Source of the DNA: Methylotetracoccus sp.
Lineage (GTDB): Bacteria; Pseudomonadota; Gammaproteobacteria; Methylococcales; Methylococcaceae
Length of the DNA: 64,000 nucleotides
Direction of reading: 5' to 3'
NCBI GenBank assembly: GCA_046347485.1
Contig: JAXMGB010000012.1
Span: 47,808 to 111,807, forward strand
The first letter of the stretch is position 1; each line of letters starts with the position of its first letter. Positions 29,516 to 38,557 of this stretch are shown piece by piece. Made by a program: the position numbers and the translations under genes. The notes below the pieces were generated by a model. The model searched no databases and was not told the DNA's origin. It saw only the letters and a program-made list of their open reading frames with translations.

Positions 29516-30649
29516 TCACCGAACGGACGGCGCGCGCGACGAGACCCGTCGAAACAGCAGCACGACGGCAATCGCCGCGCCGCCGCCCAGCATCAGCAGC
29601 AACACCGGCGACGTCGCCTTCAGCCGATGCCACAGATACTTCGGCCAGCCAACGCTGACCTGCACATCGGGTATCGTATCGTCCCGCGGCGCCGGAGCCG
29701 CTTCGGCGCGCTCGGCAGCGAGTTCGCGCGCGGTGACGACCGGAATCGAGCGCCTCTGCAGGTGATCGAGAATCGCGGCGAAATTTGCCTGGGCCTGCGC
29801 ATCGGCGACCGGACTGCCGTCACCGCCGCGATGGGACAGGAACGAGAAACTGTGCAGGAAGACGACCAGGTACGGCAGATCGGCGTCCTTGACCGCATCG
29901 ACGGCGGCCACCGCCTCGTCCACGCCATCGAACCAGTCGACATCGATCTTTCGCACACGACGAGCGGGCTCGACCAGCGTTCCGCCGCTGCCGGGCGATT
30001 CCGCGCGCTGGTAGATCGTCACCGGTATCTCGACCAGGGAGCCGAGCATGACGGGCAGGTTGCGGGGCAGCCCCAATCCGTCGAGTTGGCAATGCGGATG
30101 GCCCCAGAAATACGAACTGTCGACGACGATGCCACTGCGGCGCAACGCTTCAAGGGTGTCCTCGTTCGCAGCGTAATCGCCGGCCCGATGGGCGACGACC
30201 GGCTGCCCGGTCCATGCTCGCAACAGGCGAACGCCCTCACTGATGATCGCGCTCTGCTCGTCGAGGCTGTATTGATTCATTCCGGGACGCTGCGGGTCGT
30301 ACATCCATTGTGGATGCGTGTGCAACGCCAGATCTTGTCCGCCCCCTTGCAACTGCGCGGTTATGCCACGCAGGGCCGACTCACCCCACTTGATCTGCTC
30401 ATAGACGTTCAGGAAGAAGGTTCCAGACATGCCGTGCTGTTGCAGCATGCGTACTATGCCCATCAGGCCACAATCCGGCGCCCCCGGGCACGCGGCAACG
30501 ACCTGCTCGGGCAGCGTGAAGCGATCATTCGACTCGACATCGATCGTGATGATCGCCCGCGTCTGTGCGGTTGCCGACCCGGTGTAGCCGCCCGCGACCA
30601 GAATGACGATCAGCAGTAATGCCGCCCGGCCCAATGCTGATTTAGCCAT
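29516..30649 (-). CDS. Exported polysaccharide deacetylase with C-terminal membrane anchor
   Basis: Signal MAKSALGRAALLLIVILVAGG; ITIDVE, TFF, LHTH, HRAG, LHSFS motifs; C-terminal hydrophobic helix followed by RR. Confidence 0.78.
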   Translation of the reverse strand: MAKSALGRAALLLIVILVAGGYTGSATAQTRAIITIDVESNDRFTLPEQVVAACPGAPDCGLMGIVRMLQQHGMSGTFFLNVYEQIKWGESALRGITAQLQGGGQDLALHTHPQWMYDPQRPGMNQYSLDEQSAIISEGVRLLRAWTGQPVVAHRAGDYAANEDTLEALRRSGIVVDSSYFWGHPHCQLDGLGLPRNLPVMLGSLVEIPVTIYQRAESPGSGGTLVEPARRVRKIDVDWFDGVDEAVAAVDAVKDADLPYLVVFLHSFSFLSHRGGDGSPVADAQAQANFAAILDHLQRRSIPVVTARELAAERAEAAPAPRDDTIPDVQVSVGWPKYLWHRLKATSPVLLLMLGGGAAIAVVLLFRRVSSRAPSVR

Positions 30650-30834
30650 CGACGAATCCACTCGGCAGGCGGCCGCCCAAATCGGCGTGCATCGCCGTGT
30701 CCTCGGGGTGCTGTGACTCACGCACTCGGTCCTTACCTGGATCAAGCATCGCTCGGAATCGATCCGAGCGATGGTGAACGGAATTCGGGGCAAGATCGGA
30801 TGAGCTTACCCCGAGATTTGGAGGCATGCGCCGA

Positions 30835-32328
30835 TCAGGGAACGACGCGCAGATTCGTCGGTGGATTCAACGCGCCGGACGTCGAGCCATACTCGATCGC
30901 GCCGATGTCGAACGCTCCGCTACTCGGTCGCAGTGCGCCCAGGTAATCGACGGTCACGCCGCTGGAGAACAGCGATTCACCGGCATTGACGGCCGCTGCA
31001 GTCGACTTCAGCGACAGGAAGGACGCGGTCGACGAACTGTAGGAACCGAAGACGCTGTCCCTTGTTCCGGCGAGCGCCTTGGAACCGCAACTCGTCCCCG
31101 ACTCGCACAGATTATTGGCAGTCACGAACCCGGAACCGCGGTTGATCGGGTTCAATCCGCTGGCATTCGGGTACAGCACGATGTTGTTCTTGACGGTCCC
31201 CTGGCAACCATCCGAATAACAGGAGATACCATGACTGCTCGTGCTGAGCGGAGTCGCCTTGGCGTAGTCGTAGATGGTGTTGTTCAAGATATACGTATTC
31301 GGGAAATCGCCGACCAGCACGACCCCGCCCCCACCCAAGCTGAACATGATGTTGTTCTTGACGTAGAAGTCGCTGATCGAACCGCCGCAGGATGCAGCGG
31401 GCTGAACGGCATTACTGACCTGCCCGAACCCGCAACTGTTCGTCCCGGTATCGTGGAAGGCGTTACCCTCGACATAGGTGAACGTCCCCGATTTCCTCGG
31501 CTCGACCTGAATGCCGCGACCGCAGATGTTTCGGACGATATTGTTCAGGAAGTACACGTAACTGTGAGAAGTGTCGCCAGCCGCGCAACCGGTACCGCCA
31601 CCGGTATACACGCCATAAGGTGCGCCCGGCTTGTTAGCATCATAGATCTCGTTATTGACGATCCAGATGTGATCGTAGGTTCCAGCCCCCGTCGCGACAC
31701 CCAGCGCCGGTCCGTAGCCCCCGGCCGAATGGATCCGACTACGCGCAACAGTCACATAGTTGCTGCTGACGATCAGCGTGTAGGCATTCTGATCATTCGG
31801 GGAGTTTGCGCCGACGAAATCAAACTGCATCGTCGGACCGCCGTCGACCACCAAGTGGTGCACACCGCTTCCTTGAATGGTATTGGCACCTCCAACCCCG
31901 CCGCCCCCGGTCGTCGACATCGTGACCATATTTCCGTCACCGGGCCAGGGCTTGATGACGATCTCCTTGCCTACCGCACCATAAAGCGTACCGGTCACGA
32001 TCATCCGCCCGGTCCCTTTCAAATAGATATATGCCGGCCCACCTGCGGTACCTGGCTTTCCAGCCACATCGGTGATATTCCGGCAAGGCGAGGCTTGAGA
32101 ACATGTCGTCCCCGATCCCGACGACAGGTCGACATAGTACTTATAGGTCACCGACGCTTCATCGGGAACCGTCAATGGGTAAAACCTTGGCTTCGAATAT
32201 GCCAAGGGATCGATCCAGCTTATACCGCCCGTCGTCTGCGCAGCGTGCGCCGAATGACTCAACCCGAGCGCTACCACGGCGACAGAAGAACCTGACAGCA
32301 GCACACGCAAAAGATTCGAAAGTTTCAT
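30835..32328 (-). CDS. Secreted right-handed beta-helix (pectin lyase-like) protein with choice-of-anchor-Q-like tail
   Basis: Signal peptide ending SAHA; repeated xNNxxY/F strands; AAVNAG...DYLGALRP...FDIGAIEY. Confidence 0.78.
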   Translation of the reverse strand: MKLSNLLRVLLSGSSVAVVALGLSHSAHAAQTTGGISWIDPLAYSKPRFYPLTVPDEASVTYKYYVDLSSGSGTTCSQASPCRNITDVAGKPGTAGGPAYIYLKGTGRMIVTGTLYGAVGKEIVIKPWPGDGNMVTMSTTGGGGVGGANTIQGSGVHHLVVDGGPTMQFDFVGANSPNDQNAYTLIVSSNYVTVARSRIHSAGGYGPALGVATGAGTYDHIWIVNNEIYDANKPGAPYGVYTGGGTGCAAGDTSHSYVYFLNNIVRNICGRGIQVEPRKSGTFTYVEGNAFHDTGTNSCGFGQVSNAVQPAASCGGSISDFYVKNNIMFSLGGGGVVLVGDFPNTYILNNTIYDYAKATPLSTSSHGISCYSDGCQGTVKNNIVLYPNASGLNPINRGSGFVTANNLCESGTSCGSKALAGTRDSVFGSYSSSTASFLSLKSTAAAVNAGESLFSSGVTVDYLGALRPSSGAFDIGAIEYGSTSGALNPPTNLRVVP

Positions 32329-32858
32329 GACACTTACCCCTAGGAAATCGTTATATAAATCCCTGGCACAACCGCGACATCCCTAGCCCAGAACGATCAC
32401 GCACCGAGCATATCGTCTCGCGCCCTTACCAATTTGACGAGATACTTACAAATACAGCCATCATCGACAGGCAACAAAAGCGGATTCGCCCCCAAACCTG
32501 ACTATAGATCAACACAAATTCCCGAACAAGGCACTTCTGTGACCCAGTTCCCCTTACCTAACCCTATACCGCCGGAATGGTTTCCCTATCATCCAACCAG
32601 CATTGGCGACGTCCCGAACCGCAGGCCGAAAGGCCGAATCTGCCGCGAGTTCTCAGCTCTCCAAGAGAGAACCGCGAACCGCCCGCGACGCCATGGCACC
32701 GCCACTGGCTCTGCAAGAGGCGGACCAAACGGCACGCAGCCGGGGGACATGGCTGCTCCTGCAGGCTCAACCGATCCGGAAGCATCAGACCGGCTGGATC
32801 GTCGTCACCGGACGACAGCAGTCCAGGCGTCGCGCACAGCGCAAGCCGTTCGCGAAGC

Positions 32859-34724
32859 TCACGCCAGCCTTGCCGACCGCAGAGCTGTAAACACGCTTCC
32901 CATCCAATTCAGGTAAACCATCAGGGTAAAGATCTGTAGCGAGTGATCCTCGGCGCCCGCACGATGCCGTCGAATCACATCACACCAGACGTCACGATTC
33001 AGTATCTGCACGTATTCATCGCGATTGCGATCGAACTCGCCTTCGAGATCGGTCAGTACCTGGTGAGTCAGCAGGCCTTTGATCGGGGAACTGAACCCCT
33101 GCTTCCGACGATAGATGACATCCCGCGGAATGTAACGTTCGGCAACCTTTTTTAACAGCACCTTCAGTTGCCGACCGCGAACTTTCTTGCCCGGCGATAT
33201 ACTCAGCGCGAAGTCGACGAGATCGTTTTCGAGAAACGGCACCCGCGCCTCGAGCGAATGGCGCATGCTCATTCGATCGGTGATCATCAGTAGATCATTC
33301 ACCATATAGTTCTCGATATCATACCGATAGATCCGATTCATTTCGGCTTCCATCGCCTGATCCCAATATGCATCGAGTCGCTCGTTTCCGAATACGACAT
33401 CACCGAGAACCGGTGACAAGGAGACATCACCGAAATAATCGACGAATTTTTTGTAGGACTGCCGAAGATCTTCATCGACGCGTCCAACGAAAGACTTCAG
33501 GAGCCTGACCTTATTGCCGACAGCCCCGTGCCGCGAATCAGGCAAATGCTTGATGACAGAGCGCAGCAGTCCGCGCAAAGGCGCGGGTACCGAAAAGTAA
33601 GTCGGCAACGCAGCACATGCAAGATACCGATTGTACCCACCAAATAATTCATCTCCACCCAGACCTGAAAGACATACCTTCACAGATTCCGCCGCGAACC
33701 CGAAGATGAAATGATTTAGCATGACCGAGGTATCACCGACCGGCTCGTCCAGTTCGCCACATACGGCATCGAACAGCCCAGCGATACTGTCCTGCTGAAT
33801 ATCGGTATGGTGATGACGGGTGTGATACTGATCGGCAACCTGATTGAAGTACCGTGACTCGTCGAACAGCTTGTTGTCGCTGTAGCCAACGGAATAGGTC
33901 AGAACGTCGGGCGTCGATTTCGTCATCAGCGCGACCATCAGACTGCTATCGACGCCGCCACTCAACAAGGCCCCGACCGGCACGTCGCTTATCAGATGCT
34001 TGTCAACCGAACGGGCCAGAAGGTCCTCGATAGCATCGACGCACTCCTCATCCGACAACTGATTCTCGGTGAACTTCAGTTCGTGGTATCGAACGATGCG
34101 TGTCCTGCCCGTTGCCAGTTCGTATTCGAGATACGATGCCGGAGGAAGCTTCCGAATCTCATTGAACGGGGTTCGTTCGCCCTCGATGTACAACAGATGA
34201 AACAGGGAACGGATCGCCTCCCGGTCTAGCGTCAGATCCATTGAATGATTCAGGATCAACGCCTTCAGTTCCGATGCGAAAATCAGATGTCCGTCGCGGT
34301 CGATCGAATAGTAGAGCGGCTTGATGCCGAATCGGTCGCGCGCCAAGAGGATTGTGCCCCTGTTCCGATCGTAGAGCGCAAGCGCGAACATTCCATTGAG
34401 GTAAGTCAGGAATTCGATGCCGAGTTTCCGATAAAGGGCCAGGACCACCTCGGTATCGGTCCCTGAAGTCAGGTCGGCGATATCGAAGCGCCGCGCGAGC
34501 TCCCGGAAGTTGTAAACCTCGCCGTTGTAGGCGATGACCTCGCCCGCTTCCGGGGACAGGCGCATCGGCTGGTTACCCTTGGCGCTGAGATCGAGGATGC
34601 TGAGTCGCCAGTGCTCTAGCACGACGCCCCCGTCCCGGAATACCCCATAGTGATCGGGTCCACGATGCGCGAGCGCATCCTTGCCGATACTGATTCCCTT
34701 GCTGTTACCGTGAAGGCCACACAT
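32859..34724 (-). CDS. asnB: AsnB-like amidotransferase 3 (lower GC)
   Basis: MCGLHG, YNGEVYN, SGGVDSS, SGLGGDELFGGY, RVPFL, RKQGF. Confidence 0.92.
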   Translation of the reverse strand: MCGLHGNSKGISIGKDALAHRGPDHYGVFRDGGVVLEHWRLSILDLSAKGNQPMRLSPEAGEVIAYNGEVYNFRELARRFDIADLTSGTDTEVVLALYRKLGIEFLTYLNGMFALALYDRNRGTILLARDRFGIKPLYYSIDRDGHLIFASELKALILNHSMDLTLDREAIRSLFHLLYIEGERTPFNEIRKLPPASYLEYELATGRTRIVRYHELKFTENQLSDEECVDAIEDLLARSVDKHLISDVPVGALLSGGVDSSLMVALMTKSTPDVLTYSVGYSDNKLFDESRYFNQVADQYHTRHHHTDIQQDSIAGLFDAVCGELDEPVGDTSVMLNHFIFGFAAESVKVCLSGLGGDELFGGYNRYLACAALPTYFSVPAPLRGLLRSVIKHLPDSRHGAVGNKVRLLKSFVGRVDEDLRQSYKKFVDYFGDVSLSPVLGDVVFGNERLDAYWDQAMEAEMNRIYRYDIENYMVNDLLMITDRMSMRHSLEARVPFLENDLVDFALSISPGKKVRGRQLKVLLKKVAERYIPRDVIYRRKQGFSSPIKGLLTHQVLTDLEGEFDRNRDEYVQILNRDVWCDVIRRHRAGAEDHSLQIFTLMVYLNWMGSVFTALRSARLA

Positions 34725-34773
34725 TCAATCTGCTCCGCTACCCATGACCGCCGGGCCAGTCAGACAGGCCGAA

Positions 34774-35901
34774 TCAAGCATTTAAGATCCCGTTGAGAAA
34801 ACCGACCATGCGTCGGCCCTCGGTCTCCCAGGAGTATTCCTGCGCGGCATATGCCGCCTTTACCGACATCTCGCGATAAAGAGCGTCGTCGGTCAACAAA
34901 CGGCGGACCGCGGCAACCACGGCGGGTGCGTCGGTGGGGTCGACCGCGTAACCAACGCCGTGCATATCGACGATTTCCTTCCATAACGGAAAATCACTCA
35001 CGACGACCGGCAGACCCAGAGCCATGTATTCGAACATCTTCGTCGGCAGCGACTTGCGGAAATTCGGTTCAGGGAGCAGCAAGGCAACGCCGAGCTTGCA
35101 ACGCGCAAGCAACGGATACGCCTCGACGTTCCTGACCGGGCCCTGAATGATCACGTTATCTGACAATTCATGCTCGGCGACGTAACGCCGGGTGGACGCC
35201 TCCAAGGCATCGTCGGTAAACGGGCCGATCAGCAACAGGCGGATACCGGGCAGCGATTCCTTCGCTGAGCGAACAAGTTCCAGCAGTTCACGCACCCCAC
35301 GATTGACGCTGATGCTGCCGATGTAAACCAGCGTGTGCTCGTCCTTGGGGGTCCCTATGTAGTCGCGCAATCGATCCAGCAACGGGTAGTTGTGGACGAC
35401 GCAGGTCTTGGTCGACCTCGGAAAGTAGCTCTGGTACGCATCTTCGGCCAGCAAAAAGCCATCGAGAAGGTAATAGGACACGACCTGAAACAGTCGATAG
35501 ATCTCGGCGAACAGCACGCGCCTCAGCGGACCGAGATAGCCTTTCGTCTTGATATCGTTATAGGTGTCCTCGTGCATGTCCCAGACGACGCGTCGCCCCA
35601 GCAGCTTCAACAGCAAGCCGAGAGGCAGCAACTCAGGATCGTGCAGCAGGTAAAGATCGGCCTTGGCGCCGACCAGCGCCCGCAGCAGCGACAGATGCGT
35701 CCAGAGACGCCCGAGCTTCGATGTACTCTTCCGCAGAGGAATGACGCCGGGCAATCCGGGATCGGACGAGACCGGAGTCAGATAGATCACGTCGAATTCG
35801 CCACGCAGCGACGGAATCTGTTTATAGAAGATCCGCGTATCGTAGGTATCGTGCACCGTGGAAATTACCGCGACGCGCGGCTTGTGCTCGCGAGTCGTCA
35901 T
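34774..35901 (-). CDS. Glycosyltransferase family 4
   Basis: DTRIFYKQ, HDPELL, PTKMFEYMALGLPVVVSDFP. Confidence 0.88.
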   Translation of the reverse strand: MTTREHKPRVAVISTVHDTYDTRIFYKQIPSLRGEFDVIYLTPVSSDPGLPGVIPLRKSTSKLGRLWTHLSLLRALVGAKADLYLLHDPELLPLGLLLKLLGRRVVWDMHEDTYNDIKTKGYLGPLRRVLFAEIYRLFQVVSYYLLDGFLLAEDAYQSYFPRSTKTCVVHNYPLLDRLRDYIGTPKDEHTLVYIGSISVNRGVRELLELVRSAKESLPGIRLLLIGPFTDDALEASTRRYVAEHELSDNVIIQGPVRNVEAYPLLARCKLGVALLLPEPNFRKSLPTKMFEYMALGLPVVVSDFPLWKEIVDMHGVGYAVDPTDAPAVVAAVRRLLTDDALYREMSVKAAYAAQEYSWETEGRRMVGFLNGILNA

Positions 35902-35980
35902 GACGACGCGCCCCCCGCGTCGTTCGTCCACGGGGAGATCAAGGCCCGCACCGAAGGACGCGTTGAGGCCTCGTCCGATC

Positions 35981-37246
35981 TCATGCCGCGGAACCTGGCT
36001 TGGGGCGGCCCGCAAGTTCCTGCGCGCGGCGCCCATCGATCAGCCGGGTATAGATGTCGCGGTAGGAACCCACGATGACGCCCCACTCACGCTCGCTGCG
36101 AACGAACTGCCGCGCGGACTCTCCGAGACGCCTCATCCGCTCCGGGTCGTCCATCAACGCCTCGATGGCCGAGGCCAGGTCTGCGGCATCACCGCTGCGA
36201 AAGATCACACCGGTCGCATCGTGCTCGATCAGTTCCATGAGGCCACCGACATCGCTGCCTATGCAGACCTTACCGAGCGCCATGACCTCGAGCGGCTTTA
36301 ACGGCGTGACGCGCTCGTTGATCACCGCGCGGATTCGGGGATACACGACGAGATCCATGATTGAGTACCACGAGGCAACTTCGGCGTGAGGAACGTTGCC
36401 GGTGAACACGACCCCGGCCAAGCCCAACTCACGCGCCTTGGCCTCGAGCGCCGGACGGTCGGGCCCATCGCCAACGATGACCAGCCCGATCTTCTGCCGC
36501 TGTTCGCGGCATAAACGATAAGCATCGAGCAAGGTCGACAAGCCCTCCAGACGCCGCATCGAACCGACGAAGCCGATGATGAAGCAGCCAGCCAGACCGA
36601 TATCGGCGGCACGCCGCTCATCGCGCTCGGTTGGCTGGAACTTCTCGCTGTCGACGCCGTTTGGCACGACGACCAGCTTTTCAGCCGGCACTCCGCGCCG
36701 GATCAGTTCCTCGCGGATACCTTGCGCAATCGGCAGCACCAAGTCCGCCCGTTTCATCGCGCCAGTCTCCAGACCCCAGATCAATCGATATTTCCACGAT
36801 CCCGCCTGCCACCCGTCCTCGACGACCGCCGACTCACCCCATAGCGTCCTGACCTCATACACCAGCGGGATATCCAGCTTGCGGGCTGCCGGAAGCGCGG
36901 CGTATGCGTTCGAATAGGACGAGTGCGCATGCAGCACGTCGGGACGCTCCTTTTTCGCGATCTCCAGAACGGCCCTGCGGTATCGCGCCAGCATCGTTGC
37001 CCTTACCGCATAAGACAGCAGTTTCGAGCGCACCGAGCCCGGCGTGGGGATATGGTTCGTGCGGTAGTAGGCGATACCGTCATGACGTTCAAACGTGACG
37101 CTCGGATCCTTCGAGGGAAAGAACGGCGAGGTCACGACGACCGGTTCGAGCCCCAGACGCTTCTGGTGCTGCACGATCGCCCGAGCACGGATCGTATAGC
37201 CGGCCAGATCGGGGATCGATGTCTCGAGGATGTGCAAAACCTTCAT
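35981..37246 (-). CDS. Glycosyltransferase family 4, PEP-CTERM-associated type (TIGR04063-like)
   Basis: MKVLHIL..S.P..AGY..R, LHAHS, YEVR..W, VTPLKPLEVMA, SDVGG. Confidence 0.88.
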   Translation of the reverse strand: MKVLHILETSIPDLAGYTIRARAIVQHQKRLGLEPVVVTSPFFPSKDPSVTFERHDGIAYYRTNHIPTPGSVRSKLLSYAVRATMLARYRRAVLEIAKKERPDVLHAHSSYSNAYAALPAARKLDIPLVYEVRTLWGESAVVEDGWQAGSWKYRLIWGLETGAMKRADLVLPIAQGIREELIRRGVPAEKLVVVPNGVDSEKFQPTERDERRAADIGLAGCFIIGFVGSMRRLEGLSTLLDAYRLCREQRQKIGLVIVGDGPDRPALEAKARELGLAGVVFTGNVPHAEVASWYSIMDLVVYPRIRAVINERVTPLKPLEVMALGKVCIGSDVGGLMELIEHDATGVIFRSGDAADLASAIEALMDDPERMRRLGESARQFVRSEREWGVIVGSYRDIYTRLIDGRRAQELAGRPKPGSAA

Positions 37247-37333
37247 GCGATGGACTCCGTGAATTCCTATCCTGGACTGCGGGCAGTTACGTACGGTGAA
37301 TGCGGTACGCGCCGGTACCGGGTACACCAACCA

Positions 37334-38491
37334 TCATGCGTTCTGCCGCTCCGGGGCCCAGACCGTCAACTGCGCGCCCTTCAGCACATTGAACCAGGCC
37401 AGAATCAGCGCGTAGTTCACCAGCAGATAGTAATAGATCATATGGAGCACCCTGATCACGGCGCCTCCGCGCCCGTTCAATCCTCCCCGCCCGACCCATA
37501 AGGCCAGTAACGCCGTGATCGACGCAACGGCGAACAAGCCCCGGTAACTGCCGAGATAGGCCAACGCGGTCAGCGAAGCAGCTGCGCCGAACAGAAAGAG
37601 CGGCACCAGATAGCGCATCAACTTGTGCATCAGCAACTGGAAGGAAAAAATTCCGTATCGGAACGGATTGAACAGAGCCCGCATATGCAGCACACCGTTG
37701 ATGCTGCGCGTCAGGATGCGGACCTTGCGTCGAAATTCGCCCCCGTAACTGGTCGAGGCTTCCTCGATGGAAACCGCATCCGGTTCGTAGACGACGCGCC
37801 GACCGCGCATGACCAACGCCAATGGCTCGCAGAGATCACTGATCAGCGCGTGGTCGAGTTCGACGTAGTCCTCGCGACGGACTGCGTAGATCGAACCATT
37901 GGCGCCGATCAACGAGGACAGCTCGCTTTCACGCCGCTTCATGAATTTTTCGTAATCCCAGTAGGAACGCTCGCAGTCGCCGGCTCCCTCGGCGTCGGTT
38001 CGATAGACGAGCTGACCGCTGACGCACGCGACCTCGGGGTCGGCAAAATTCCGCACCAGCTTGCGGATCGCGTCCGGACGGTAGAACGCATTGGCGTCGG
38101 AGAACACGACAATCTCGCCTCGCGCGCCGCGTACGGCCTGATTCTGCGCGCCCGTCTTACCCATGCGCCGGACTGCCTGCAGCGTAACGCCGCGCGATCG
38201 ATAGGATTCGACGATCTCGTTCGTGCGGTCGGACGACCCATCCGACGCGACGATGATCTCGAGATGATCCGTGGGATAGTCCAGCGCCAGGGAGTTGTCC
38301 AGCTTGGCGGCGATGCAGGTCTCCTCGTTGTGCGCAGCGATGATCATCGTAACCTTCGGCTCGTCATCGCTAGTCCGGCGCGGCTTCGCACGGATCGCAC
38401 CCATCATGGCGAGAAACACCGGGTATCCTGCGGTGATCAGCACCACTGCCGCGACCGAGAACCACAAAGCGAATTCCAAAGCCTGTTCCAT
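37334..38491 (-). CDS. Membrane-anchored glycosyltransferase family 2
   Basis: IAAHNEE, SDGSSD, FSDAN, GANGSIYA, RRKVRI; terminal TM helices. Confidence 0.9.
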   Translation of the reverse strand: MEQALEFALWFSVAAVVLITAGYPVFLAMMGAIRAKPRRTSDDEPKVTMIIAAHNEETCIAAKLDNSLALDYPTDHLEIIVASDGSSDRTNEIVESYRSRGVTLQAVRRMGKTGAQNQAVRGARGEIVVFSDANAFYRPDAIRKLVRNFADPEVACVSGQLVYRTDAEGAGDCERSYWDYEKFMKRRESELSSLIGANGSIYAVRREDYVELDHALISDLCEPLALVMRGRRVVYEPDAVSIEEASTSYGGEFRRKVRILTRSINGVLHMRALFNPFRYGIFSFQLLMHKLMRYLVPLFLFGAAASLTALAYLGSYRGLFAVASITALLALWVGRGGLNGRGGAVIRVLHMIYYYLLVNYALILAWFNVLKGAQLTVWAPERQNA

Positions 38492-38557
38492 TTCTCTCTC
38501 CCGAACACTGCTCGCAAAATTACCCGGCTGACGCAGCCGCGGGGCTGGTTCCCCCGC

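Noticed and set aside
30826-32295. 489-aa plus-strand ORF; likewise 50251-51924, 62153-63751, 40419-41768 and 47614-48876
   Set aside because: Antisense to well-supported genes, no motifs; typical of high-GC codon bias
32434-32939. Short ORFs in the gap before the beta-helix gene
   Set aside because: No RBS, motifs or coding-like composition
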